The notes below the pieces were generated by a model. That model saw only the letters and a program-made list of their open reading frames with translations, did no database searches and was not told the DNA's origin. Positions 19,958 to 29,581 of a stretch of DNA of 64,000 nt are shown piece by piece; position 1 is the first letter of the stretch, and every line of letters starts with the position of its first letter. Source of the stretch: a virus; the IMG/VR virus record IMGVR_UViG_3300005077_000007, positions 15,249 to 79,248 of that record. The stretch is one strand, 5' to 3'. The translations under genes were made by a program, and so were the position numbers.

Positions 19958-21397
19958 CTAGTATTGACGAATCTTAATAAATGTTCCAGTCGCGGTTGCT
20001 ACACCCGAATCTGCTTCGCCAGGCTCGAACTGAAGCCGGATTCCGCGAAGCCCGTCATCAACATCCTCGAAACTTGGATCTTCAATAAGTTGCGCCTGAT
20101 GCTCGTTACCGGTCGATGCTTCACCGGCGATAAATTCCAGTCGCGTTCCTGGGGTTGAGCTAGCAACCCCGTTTGGACTTACTGTGTATTTAATCTTAAA
20201 TTTTTCACCAGCCTGGAACAGCCCATGCCAATCGCGGTTTCTATCGAACTCCACAACGAGCGTTACTCGCGGGCTAAATTCACTCCAGATGCCATATTCG
20301 ATAAGACCGGTTGCAGCATTGGTATCACCACGGCGCGTAACTCGCGCGCCAAGGTCCATCTCAATCGACTTGACAATCGGCGTATAATCGGTGCCGCTAT
20401 CATCCGTAATGGTAAGTTCGGTTGCCATAAGGCGTGGAGGAAATCCAGGAGAAGAAAGAATCGCTGGATTAGCAACTTTAGTATTTGCGTTATAAATACC
20501 CATCATGGCTGAACGAACCTGCACTGGTTCACCATATGATCCTGTAAACGTGAGGTTACCACGCACACCCGTTGCCGGATATTTACGACCATCAAGATAC
20601 GAATGAATCGTCACTGAATCATGAAATTCGTTCGCAGGAACCCACAGGACTTCTTCCTTACTCACATCATCTGTTGGCGCTGGGTCAGCAAGGTTTTCGT
20701 CATTATAGGTATCAACATATTGATAGGGAGATGTATTTGCATCAACCTCCGCAACAAAGTACCGTACACCACTGGCGCCACCACCAGCAAGTGTTCGATA
20801 AATTCTTAGCTTTGCACCAGCAATCTTTAATGCCGCACATCCCGACCAATCGATTGTCACTGATCCGGTTGGACCAGTTACTGCAACATCCGCATCTGGA
20901 TTAAGAATTGTTGACAACTTAGACTCACCATTGGAGGCGGTTGCAGCTACCAAAGAAGCGCTGTACCTATAATTTCCAGTTGCCATGACTCCGCCGGATG
21001 CTGATGGAGTAGCCGTTACTTCTGAGGTAGCAATTGTTGGCGCAGTATCGCTTACATACCGTGTCTGCTTCCATCCACTCGCGCGAAGTAGGTACGCCCA
21101 CACCGGAGGAACGTTTGGCACGCCCTTACCGAATAGCCAGAACGTTCCGTTAAATTCATAGGTAGGAATCTTCACCATGACGCCATCTGGCGAAAGTGAA
21201 TTCTTTGCCCTATTGAATCTCTGCGTCTCGGTTCTAGCCTGAACAGGATTAAACTCTTCGTACAGGAGCATTTGCTCCATATTGTCCGTTCGTGTGCAAA
21301 TAGTTACGTTGCTACCATCGTTCGTCTGCCGTTCAAGGCCAACCAAAACGACGGTTCTTCGAGTACGGGAAGGAATTGAAGTAGTAGTACAAGCCAT
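19958..21397 (-). CDS. Major tail tube protein (Phage_tube_2-like) with an inserted Ig/FN3-like domain
   Basis: PPVWAYLLRASGW, GVRGNLTFTGSYGEPV, KSIEMDLG motifs; central beta-rich insert (YRYSASLV..LRIYRT..YVDT). Confidence 0.75.
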   Translation of the reverse strand: MACTTTSIPSRTRRTVVLVGLERQTNDGSNVTICTRTDNMEQMLLYEEFNPVQARTETQRFNRAKNSLSPDGVMVKIPTYEFNGTFWLFGKGVPNVPPVWAYLLRASGWKQTRYVSDTAPTIATSEVTATPSASGGVMATGNYRYSASLVAATASNGESKLSTILNPDADVAVTGPTGSVTIDWSGCAALKIAGAKLRIYRTLAGGGASGVRYFVAEVDANTSPYQYVDTYNDENLADPAPTDDVSKEEVLWVPANEFHDSVTIHSYLDGRKYPATGVRGNLTFTGSYGEPVQVRSAMMGIYNANTKVANPAILSSPGFPPRLMATELTITDDSGTDYTPIVKSIEMDLGARVTRRGDTNAATGLIEYGIWSEFSPRVTLVVEFDRNRDWHGLFQAGEKFKIKYTVSPNGVASSTPGTRLEFIAGEASTGNEHQAQLIEDPSFEDVDDGLRGIRLQFEPGEADSGVATATGTFIKIRQY

Positions 21398-21409
21398 AAT
21401 ACACCCCCA

Positions 21410-22354
21410 TTAACAAAAAGAAATATCCGGAACTGACGACCCTACGGGACTGAATCGCAGATTCTTCACACGTATTCCCTCAACGATTCCTTCCGCAACC
21501 CCAACGCAATGAGCATCCGAAAGAGACATTTTTACCATATTACCAGTTTCCTCTCCTACCGTGATGCTTAACTCGCATTTTTCTTCCAATCGGGCCATTG
21601 CAACCCAATCGAATCCTCTCTTTAGTTCTACGATAAAACCCCAGTCTATGTCAAGTGGTGGAATTGCCTTAATAATGGAAATTGAAGGCGTAGTCCCACC
21701 ATAAGCCTTCTGCACAATAGACATAGACATATTAAGCGAAAATGATTTAAACCCAAAAGATACAGTATCTCCATTCTTAAATCGAATGTATGCATTCGCG
21801 TTCTTTAACCGAGGGGGAATGATGCGCCAGTCGGCAGCTTCCATGTTGGATTCTGTATCCACGCTCGCCAGCAGGCCAGCTCCAGTAAAGGCAGCAACCA
21901 CCGGCTCTCCGTATGATCCATTGATGCTAAAATTGCTTATTCGAGCGCCCGGGATTACATATCGTGTTCCATGATGATTAACCTTAAAAGATAGTGATTG
22001 GAAAAGACCTATGTAATTATAATCATAAGAATCGCTCATGGATCTATCGGCACCATTGTAGCCAATAGAATTCAGTATGTACGCCCATACTGGCGGTGTA
22101 TCGACGCTACCAGAGCCTTGAATAAAACATTGACCATTAATTGAGGAATAATCAAAAAGCACTCTTTTGCTAATAGAATTAGCAGACTGTCGAGAGGTTG
22201 TTTTTTGATCCATTGAAGGAGAGTAGATATTTTCTTCTTCTATAAGTGGAAATCCATAATAAACTGATGGTGGTATTCCATATCTCCCCTCTGGCCCAAC
22301 GCTCATGGAACGGATGAGGCCACTGCTTGGAATGGGGGAGGTTTGACATGCCAT
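21410..22354 (-). CDS. Second tail-tube-family paralogue (314 aa)
   Basis: Shares MACxTxxIPS, PPVWAYxL and GSYGEPV with the neighbouring tube gene but lacks the insert. Confidence 0.7.
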   Translation of the reverse strand: MACQTSPIPSSGLIRSMSVGPEGRYGIPPSVYYGFPLIEEENIYSPSMDQKTTSRQSANSISKRVLFDYSSINGQCFIQGSGSVDTPPVWAYILNSIGYNGADRSMSDSYDYNYIGLFQSLSFKVNHHGTRYVIPGARISNFSINGSYGEPVVAAFTGAGLLASVDTESNMEAADWRIIPPRLKNANAYIRFKNGDTVSFGFKSFSLNMSMSIVQKAYGGTTPSISIIKAIPPLDIDWGFIVELKRGFDWVAMARLEEKCELSITVGEETGNMVKMSLSDAHCVGVAEGIVEGIRVKNLRFSPVGSSVPDISFC

Positions 22355-22863
22355 TATACAACCTCTTGTGGAACCTTCACGTCGTATTCATCGTCCCATA
22401 GGCATGGGTCATTGAACGAATAATGAATTTCCATCTGGTACGACATTGTACCAAAAATCACACCAACCGAATTTTCCTGAACATGATGCTCCGAGCTAAC
22501 CTCGCTCATCCAAATTCCAGTCATTGCTGGATTCGGATGCGACGAATCAGTAAATGGGCATCTAAAAAGCAACCTAATATCATGTATTATTGACGAAAAT
22601 GTTGCTACTTGCTTCTCCAGTTGTTGAACATAAATCCATAAATTAATATCAATAATCTCATATTCTCTAGCGTTGCACCTTGGCACAGTAAACGATTCCC
22701 CAACTTCAATTTTAATTGACCATGATTCGTTCGGAAAAAACTCTAATGTATCAGCTAATTCAACGCTAGCAATATTATTATTATATCCATTGGATGACTG
22801 AATTAATTTCAGTTGCTTTTTAAGCTCTTCAAGTGCTCGTTCTCTGACGGTTTTGTAATTCAT
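22354..22863 (-). CDS. Tail terminator/completion protein
   Basis: Size and position upstream of the tube genes; resembles lambda gpU-like neck proteins (from memory). Confidence 0.55.
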   Translation of the reverse strand: MNYKTVRERALEELKKQLKLIQSSNGYNNNIASVELADTLEFFPNESWSIKIEVGESFTVPRCNAREYEIIDINLWIYVQQLEKQVATFSSIIHDIRLLFRCPFTDSSHPNPAMTGIWMSEVSSEHHVQENSVGVIFGTMSYQMEIHYSFNDPCLWDDEYDVKVPQEVV

Positions 22864-22869
22864 GGTGTT

Positions 22870-23640
22870 TTACCTAAATCTATAAAATCCCTTCTTGCCG
22901 GTTACAATTTCCTCGAATCTTCTTGGGACTACTTCCGTCATCCTTCTATGGACATCTTCTTTTAATGGCAATAGGTATGGCTTTACATAAACCTCATCCG
23001 CTCGCGCGTACAGAAAAATCCACCGACCCTTCCATACTTTCGGTGGCCGACCACGATTGCGGGTTTTGCGTTTTTCTGGTTTTAATTTCTTATGATTTTT
23101 TGGTTTTTCTCCAGCATACTTTGGTCTAATTGCGTAGATAGCGTTTTTTAAGAAAATTATCTTAAACCCTCTCCTTCTGAACGAATTAATACCTTCCCTT
23201 GGGGTCTTGAATTTTCGTATGCCTTCGGTTGATATAATTGTCGTCGAAGATATACCGGGAATTGGAAAGGCTAATTTCTTTGCACCACCTGGGCGTGGTC
23301 TAATATATCCCCCGCCAATATTATCGCCGATAAGCGTAGAAATAGCTCCCTTTCTACCTCTCCTATGTAGGTCATCCTCAAGCCCAGCGTGCAGTGAGAG
23401 GGTAAATGGGGTTTCGTGTATTTTTACATACGATGATCTTTCAAGATTCCCGCTTCGCCTTTTAACGTACATTCTCCTATCTACAAGTGCGTGTTTGAAG
23501 GCAACGGCAATCTTTGCCCCCTCAAATACCAGCATCCTACGAATAGCCTCTTTAAGTTGAGCCGTATTTTTCCATTGATAGAGGCTCGCTGGCCTTCGTA
23601 AGTCGCCTGGCCGAAATCGAAAATTAAATGTACTTGCCAT
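22870..23640 (-). CDS. Neck/tail-completion protein (HK97 gp10-like position), very basic
   Basis: RRSGNLERS motif, GGYIRP..KKLAFP segment, synteny. Confidence 0.5.
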   Translation of the reverse strand: MASTFNFRFRPGDLRRPASLYQWKNTAQLKEAIRRMLVFEGAKIAVAFKHALVDRRMYVKRRSGNLERSSYVKIHETPFTLSLHAGLEDDLHRRGRKGAISTLIGDNIGGGYIRPRPGGAKKLAFPIPGISSTTIISTEGIRKFKTPREGINSFRRRGFKIIFLKNAIYAIRPKYAGEKPKNHKKLKPEKRKTRNRGRPPKVWKGRWIFLYARADEVYVKPYLLPLKEDVHRRMTEVVPRRFEEIVTGKKGFYRFR

Positions 23641-24288
23641 TTAATGATGATTCCTATAGCTCAGTAGGGTTTCTTTTACGATTGGCAAGAGACTTGATGG
23701 CTGAAATATGGTCGTATTCACCCCTCCGCCAACGGAGAGGGCTTTTACGTTCAACGTGTCTCGTTGCTTAAAATATGCAGCTACCTGCAAGGCTGCCTTA
23801 TAACGAAGCTCGTCCGGGCAGATAAAGATATCATTGTCCTCATCGTGCAGGACAAGACCACCAGAATATGTTGCCTTTATTGAATGTGCATACGGTTGCC
23901 ATGTGCTATTTATTTTCTTAATTCCACCATATTCGTTATGATTAACGGTGATTAACGAATAATCGTCCCACAGCTCAAGCTTGGTTGCGTCATCGAATAC
24001 GCGGAGTGGATCTTCCCAAACCTGTATTGTAGTTTCGTCTATTGGCGGAGCCTGGACGAAGAACACGCAACGATGAGAAGATCCATCCCGGTACTCGGTG
24101 TATTCCTTCTTTTCTAGTTTCCTATTTAATTGCCACGGCCCTGAGCCTTCGCAATATTTACTGAACGCATTGATAAGAATCGTGATTAAATTGTTCGCAT
24201 CAGCAGATCCCAACGATGGCGAAATGATTGCTTTAACATCCTGAATCTTACATAAAGCAATCTTTGATAACTTCAGATCGTCTGCCAT
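23641..24288 (-). CDS. Head-tail connector (gp6/gp15-like)
   Basis: Follows the capsid gene; YTEYRDG, IKATYSGG, PDELRYKAALQVAAYF pattern. Confidence 0.7.
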   Translation of the reverse strand: MADDLKLSKIALCKIQDVKAIISPSLGSADANNLITILINAFSKYCEGSGPWQLNRKLEKKEYTEYRDGSSHRCVFFVQAPPIDETTIQVWEDPLRVFDDATKLELWDDYSLITVNHNEYGGIKKINSTWQPYAHSIKATYSGGLVLHDEDNDIFICPDELRYKAALQVAAYFKQRDTLNVKALSVGGGVNTTIFQPSSLLPIVKETLLSYRNHH

Positions 24289-24302
24289 GACGAACTCTGC
24301 TT

Positions 24303-24587
24303 TTACTTTTCTATATCAACTACAAGCTCAAGTTGCTTCGCGCGAGCGCGTGTCGTTTCAAATTTTGATCCAGCCGGAAATACGATCGAGTTTTCACTAA
24401 TGACGCGACCTTGCTTAACGATTACAACGACAATATCCGTATCTAACTCCGGTTTTACCTGTGGCTTCGGCTGTGCCTGCGCCTGTGGCTTTGGTGCAAC
24501 AGGGGTCTGTGGCTTTACTTCCACCTTGACCTCTGGCTTTTTCTCCACTGCATCTTTTGTGACTAAATCCTGTGTAGTCTGTGCCAT
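24303..24587 (-). CDS. Small capsid-adjacent protein with a Pro/Gln/Lys linker
   Basis: SD GGGGGT before MAQTTQ; directly downstream of the MCP. Confidence 0.55.
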   Translation of the reverse strand: MAQTTQDLVTKDAVEKKPEVKVEVKPQTPVAPKPQAQAQPKPQVKPELDTDIVVVIVKQGRVISENSIVFPAGSKFETTRARAKQLELVVDIEK

Positions 24588-24605
24588 AAATACCCCCATA
24601 GAATA

Positions 24606-24628
24606 GGGTGGGGGGTAATCCCCCACCC
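24606..24628 (-). terminator. GC-rich hairpin after the major capsid gene
   Basis: GGGTGGGGG/CCCCCACCC inverted repeat with no clear U tract, so it may be a stabiliser or attenuator. Confidence 0.4.
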
Positions 24629-24639
24629 ATTCATATTGC

Positions 24640-25917
24640 TTATGAACTTGTTACGAGTCGAGAGAATGGGGTTGTCAGATAAGTCTCGAACCCAATTCGC
24701 TCAATCACTCGCAACACGATTCCGGCTTCCTTGAATGCTGCATGTGGTGAAGTATCTAGGCTCATTGCCATACGATCGCCCATCAGGTGGTATCGGAAAT
24801 CACCAAAAAGAATAAATGGCTTACTGGCCTGTGAACCAGAGTCCTTCATTTTTGGCATGACGCGAGAACGATAGTATGGACGACCAAACAACATCCCCTC
24901 TTCCATGGTGGCAAAAAGCGGCATTTCGTTTAGATCCTTAACCTGACGGATGCCATTAAGAATAGAATTGCTGAATACCCATACGCCAGTATCAGCGGTA
25001 ATTTCATCAGCCGCATCCATCACATCGATAAGCTTATTGTAGCCACCCGTATCACCAGTTGCGCGGAGGCAACCAGCATAGGTGTTTGCGGCGCCGGTTA
25101 CATCGGTAATGCCTAACTTATAGAGTAGGCCTGTAAACGGCTCGGTACCAGTACCAGGTGAAGTAAGGAACTGATAATCCTCTTCCTTTGCGACAGCGAT
25201 TGCGAATAGATCAAACACGAAGTTGGCAATATCTGGAATTGCGTCCTCGTCGAGTTCGATCGATAGCGTATCAATTGCGATAAGCTTATGCGCGGTAATC
25301 TTTGGCTTCAGGAAGGTTACCTTTGATTCACTTGGCGCAGATAGTTCTACGGTTGACAGCTCTGTATCCCAGTATACGGCTGGTAGATCCGAGTTTGTTG
25401 GAGCTTCCCATTCTTTATGCCGCATTGGAACGACACGACAAAGGCGACGAGCAAGACCGTACTGCTCGACGATACGAATAATCTCAGCCCGATACTCAAC
25501 TGGCATCAGGTGACCACCATCACCAGTCTGAGATTCGATCTGAGCACGCTTAAAAAATTCTGAATTAAATCGAGTTCCAGTATGGCGATAAATTGAAGCT
25601 TGGTCGAGAACCATGCGTGCGAACTCCTCACGAATAGTCTTTTGCGCTTCATTTTCGGCTTTTACGATCGGAACATAACGCTTGTCGCCACCCTCAAGGA
25701 TACTATCCAGGTTATGCAAACGCTCGTTCATCTGCTCAAGCGTTTCACCCTGTGACTTTAGCGAATCACAAACTTCCTTATACTGAGAAATTGTGACCTG
25801 ATCCGCCTTTGACTCTTCGAGTGTCTTAACGCGAGTTTCGAATGTTTCGAGCTTGGACTTCGTGTCATCCATGCCCTTCCCAACAAGATCAATTAGTTGA
25901 TTAAGCTGCTTTTCCAT
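24640..25917 (-). CDS. Major capsid protein, HK97 fold, with N-terminal coiled-coil delta domain
   Basis: GGHLMPVEY, FGDF..GDR motifs; SD GGGGAGG before MEKQL. Confidence 0.92.
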   Translation of the reverse strand: MEKQLNQLIDLVGKGMDDTKSKLETFETRVKTLEESKADQVTISQYKEVCDSLKSQGETLEQMNERLHNLDSILEGGDKRYVPIVKAENEAQKTIREEFARMVLDQASIYRHTGTRFNSEFFKRAQIESQTGDGGHLMPVEYRAEIIRIVEQYGLARRLCRVVPMRHKEWEAPTNSDLPAVYWDTELSTVELSAPSESKVTFLKPKITAHKLIAIDTLSIELDEDAIPDIANFVFDLFAIAVAKEEDYQFLTSPGTGTEPFTGLLYKLGITDVTGAANTYAGCLRATGDTGGYNKLIDVMDAADEITADTGVWVFSNSILNGIRQVKDLNEMPLFATMEEGMLFGRPYYRSRVMPKMKDSGSQASKPFILFGDFRYHLMGDRMAMSLDTSPHAAFKEAGIVLRVIERIGFETYLTTPFSRLVTSS

Positions 25918-26016
25918 GTATGCCTCCCCGTTACGGTTCTTTTCTTTCTCGTGCACCCGCAACGGGCGCAAACGTTACTTTATTTATACGCAATTTACAA
26001 TATAATGTCAATGGGG

Positions 26017-27678
26017 TTATGCATTCCTTACTATAGGTGGCGAATCTCTTAGTATTTGCTGGAATAACCCCTTTATTTTTATTTCAAGCGGCTCATCTTC
26101 TGAAAAAACACGCTGAAGCTTTTGCGTAGCTAATTCTAAGACCCTGGCCTCTTCTTCCTTCTGGTATTCAACTTCGTATAAATTCCAAATAAGCATACGG
26201 ACTTTCGCGCACATTTCTTCAACATTCTCTGATCTTGTTGTTTCAATAAGGTCATTTAATTTTTCGCCCGCGACAAGGCCCTGCTTTACCTGGTCAATAG
26301 AAATATCTTTTCCAATCTCGAGAATCTCATGCACTTTCTCCTGCTGCGTTACTGATCGAATTTGCGAAATAGTATCATAAATATCCTCACCATGAACACC
26401 ATGATTACAAAGAATCGAAGAAAGAATGCGATCGATAGATCCTCGCTCCCACGCTTCAGGAATACGTTTATCTCCATAAAGAATGGTTGCGACATTTATT
26501 GCAGTATTCATAAGTCCAGAGAGCGTTTCCCCTGTGAATTTTCCAGACCCAATAAGTCGTAAAGTTTCGTCGTATATCTTTCCTTCAGCGCGATCCCACG
26601 GTGCAATAATTCCAAACTCTCGAAAATGTTCAGCAATGTGCTGACGAACTGCTTCGTGATATTTCTGTGGGACACTAAGAGCGCCCTGCTGGAGCATTTG
26701 CGCAACACGATAAATACCAGCTTTTGATGTAGTGAGCTTATCGTCTATAATCCTGTGATGAAGTCCAATGCACGAAGAGATACTCCTAATATCACCACAG
26801 TAAAGAAATGCACCTGCGTACTTTGCCATATTTAGATTACCATCCTGATCTGTTGCGTATTCGGCAACTAATTGTTTCTCATCGGCAAAGTCAATACCAT
26901 CGCCTTCATCCTCCGCAAGGGCATCGCTTATTGTGAATAATACAATCCCGGATTGCTCGGAATCTTCTATCCTATCTGCGTCCTTTTCTTGCTTGCTATT
27001 TAATCCAACGACTGCCCCCTCGCTTGGAATTGAATACATAACTGGGGAGTATTTCTCTAGCGTATCACCGAACATAAATGTCGATTCCTTGTCGGCAATG
27101 GTCGAGCCTGCAATATTAAGCTCACGGGCAATTTTCGCTAATGCACTTGGGTCTGCTGGTAATGGGCAACACGAATACTCCCATAGCGTTTGAGACTTGA
27201 AGAATACCCCAACGATTTCATCTTCCTTTTCGATGAATTCCCAATCCGTACTCGTCCAACCAACGCTAACTCCACGCAAAAATCCCTCACGATACATCTT
27301 ATAGACTGTATCGGCAAATGGATGAATCTCTGCGGTTGGAAACTCCGCTACGCCAACAAGCGATTGTCCGTACTCATCGACTTCCTCTATCTTTTCGTAC
27401 ACAGACCTAGCCACCGGAAGAACCGAAGCGTTATGCACCCATAATACAGTTGGATTCTTACGGAAATATGACAGATCCCAACCAGCTTGATTAATGGCAA
27501 ATCCATCTTCCTTGAACCCTGGGGTGCTCAAGATAAACGGAATACGTCGCGCCGAAACGTCATCTTCTCGCAGAATAGCGGCACGTACATTCTCATGGGC
27601 TACGACAGATCCGATGAAAATCGGTGAACGTCCTAATTTTTGATATTTTTCTAAAAAAACACGATGGTCAAAATTCAT
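26017..27678 (-). CDS. HK97-family prohead protease with a long C-terminal extension
   Basis: GWDLSYFRKNPTVLWVHN, FLRGVSVG, LWEYSCCPLPADPSAL. Confidence 0.88.
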   Translation of the reverse strand: MNFDHRVFLEKYQKLGRSPIFIGSVVAHENVRAAILREDDVSARRIPFILSTPGFKEDGFAINQAGWDLSYFRKNPTVLWVHNASVLPVARSVYEKIEEVDEYGQSLVGVAEFPTAEIHPFADTVYKMYREGFLRGVSVGWTSTDWEFIEKEDEIVGVFFKSQTLWEYSCCPLPADPSALAKIARELNIAGSTIADKESTFMFGDTLEKYSPVMYSIPSEGAVVGLNSKQEKDADRIEDSEQSGIVLFTISDALAEDEGDGIDFADEKQLVAEYATDQDGNLNMAKYAGAFLYCGDIRSISSCIGLHHRIIDDKLTTSKAGIYRVAQMLQQGALSVPQKYHEAVRQHIAEHFREFGIIAPWDRAEGKIYDETLRLIGSGKFTGETLSGLMNTAINVATILYGDKRIPEAWERGSIDRILSSILCNHGVHGEDIYDTISQIRSVTQQEKVHEILEIGKDISIDQVKQGLVAGEKLNDLIETTRSENVEEMCAKVRMLIWNLYEVEYQKEEEARVLELATQKLQRVFSEDEPLEIKIKGLFQQILRDSPPIVRNA

Positions 27679-27688
27679 ATCGCACCCC

Positions 27689-29578
27689 CTAGACCAAAAT
27701 GCACCAACACTGGCCAATACTACCTGCTGCCGAAGTGTCATGGTCTATCTGACATTCTTCGCGTAACCTAAATATCATAAATGCTTTTCCACTGTCAAGG
27801 ACACCCTGATTCATCGCCCAAATGACTTGCTGAACCGCAAGCGAATGGGCGACGTGATTAATGTCCTCAAATGATGTCTTAATTGCGTTTTCGATATCGA
27901 CACCATCATTAATCCACTTAGTGATTTCTTCGTGCAATTGATCGATAATTGATGTCGATTGCAAAATTTGCGCATCGATAGATGATGGAATGTTTTTACA
28001 AAATTCACCACTTCTGAATTCAAACGAAATTTCATCTCCACTTAATTTACCTTTTGAGACTAAATATGCATAATAAAGTGGTTTAAAAAGATTAAATCTC
28101 CATGTTTCGTAATGTTTGCTTTTGTCGAAGTTTGTATTATCAAGATTTTTATAATATTGAGATCGAAGATCATATAACGATCTTTTTATTTTCCTTGATA
28201 CATAATCCGTCACATCACTCACGCTATCGAGCTTTTCTTTAGCTTTTGATTCTATCTCTTTTATCCGTAATTGGTCGATAAAGCTTCCTTTACTTATGCG
28301 CCCATTGCTTTTATTGCTATCATTATTATCCTCAGCATCCTGCGGCGAACGTGGAGTATTTTTGGGAGAATTCTCCTTACGTGGCGAGTCTCCACCATCG
28401 ATTGGTTCAATGCCAAGATCAATTTTTGCAATTCCAGCATTAACAGGAACGCCAGCTTCAACTAATACTTTGAGCGTTTGCGCCTTATCGAGCATATCAT
28501 CCGTGCTAATTGGTAATCCATCGTAATCAAAAAAAGCAGATACCTTTTTTCTAGATGGAACTACCATACGCACGACCTTTCTTGTGAATTCAGATTCAAG
28601 CATTGTGCCAAGCGGGATTACGGCATTTTCGTATTTTATTTTCCGTGCTACACTCAACATATCTCTCCCAAGATTGCTTCCATCAGTTTGGTTTAACATT
28701 TGAACAGGATAATGATATACTGAAGCAATTTCCTCTCTCGTGAATTTTCTACTATCTATGTATTGCGCAGCGGAATGCGGTACCCCAAGCACCTTTAGAT
28801 CAAAATCACCACCAAGAACAGCGATACTCCCTGCGGATTCCGGTCCACCATATATATCGTTCCATTCTTCCATAATGCTACGCTTTGTTGATTCATTAAG
28901 TGGACCATGCTTGTAAGTCAATACTGAATCCGGCGTTGCGTTGTTGCGAAAGAAATATTTATCATATATAACGCGAGCATTATCCGCATCCATCTGTAGC
29001 GCAACGGCCAACCATGGTGGAATACCGATATATTGATCGTAATCATTTGGCATCATACAGTGCACGACGTCCTCAAGCGGAACCCTCACGCGATTCTCTG
29101 TGCTATTGAATGTTATTTCCCATGCTTCGGGTGGATCGTTCGAGGCCCTGCGAACTGGAGCAACCGAAAATTGACCATACACTTCCATGGAAGATGGAAT
29201 GTTGAAAGAATTTTTTCCACGTAAATAAATAAATGCATTTCCCGTCATGAGCATATACGTTGCCCATTGCATAATAAAACGTTGAATGCTTTGATGTTGG
29301 TTTGGATTTTCTAAAAGAACTTTTAATGGATGATTTGGAACTTCAACCCACAATGATTTAAAATATCTTTTTTCTATACCACTTTTTGGGGCATATAGCG
29401 AGAAGGGGACCTGCGAAAGGCTTGTTGCTATATCCGATACAACAGCATATAACCACGAAGTCCTGGATAAATTAGTACCATACTGGTACGTACCTTGTTT
29501 TTTAAATATCCTAGCTACTTCACGAGCGTCAGTATCCCGCTCGTATAAATTTCCGCGATGGTCATATATAGTAACCAT
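27689..29578 (-). CDS. Portal protein (HK97 family) with a C-terminal extension
   Basis: LLENPNQHQS, TGNAF, FFRNNATP, SRKFTREEIASVYHYP. Confidence 0.92.
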   Translation of the reverse strand: MVTIYDHRGNLYERDTDAREVARIFKKQGTYQYGTNLSRTSWLYAVVSDIATSLSQVPFSLYAPKSGIEKRYFKSLWVEVPNHPLKVLLENPNQHQSIQRFIMQWATYMLMTGNAFIYLRGKNSFNIPSSMEVYGQFSVAPVRRASNDPPEAWEITFNSTENRVRVPLEDVVHCMMPNDYDQYIGIPPWLAVALQMDADNARVIYDKYFFRNNATPDSVLTYKHGPLNESTKRSIMEEWNDIYGGPESAGSIAVLGGDFDLKVLGVPHSAAQYIDSRKFTREEIASVYHYPVQMLNQTDGSNLGRDMLSVARKIKYENAVIPLGTMLESEFTRKVVRMVVPSRKKVSAFFDYDGLPISTDDMLDKAQTLKVLVEAGVPVNAGIAKIDLGIEPIDGGDSPRKENSPKNTPRSPQDAEDNNDSNKSNGRISKGSFIDQLRIKEIESKAKEKLDSVSDVTDYVSRKIKRSLYDLRSQYYKNLDNTNFDKSKHYETWRFNLFKPLYYAYLVSKGKLSGDEISFEFRSGEFCKNIPSSIDAQILQSTSIIDQLHEEITKWINDGVDIENAIKTSFEDINHVAHSLAVQQVIWAMNQGVLDSGKAFMIFRLREECQIDHDTSAAGSIGQCWCILV

Positions 29579-29581
29579 CGA

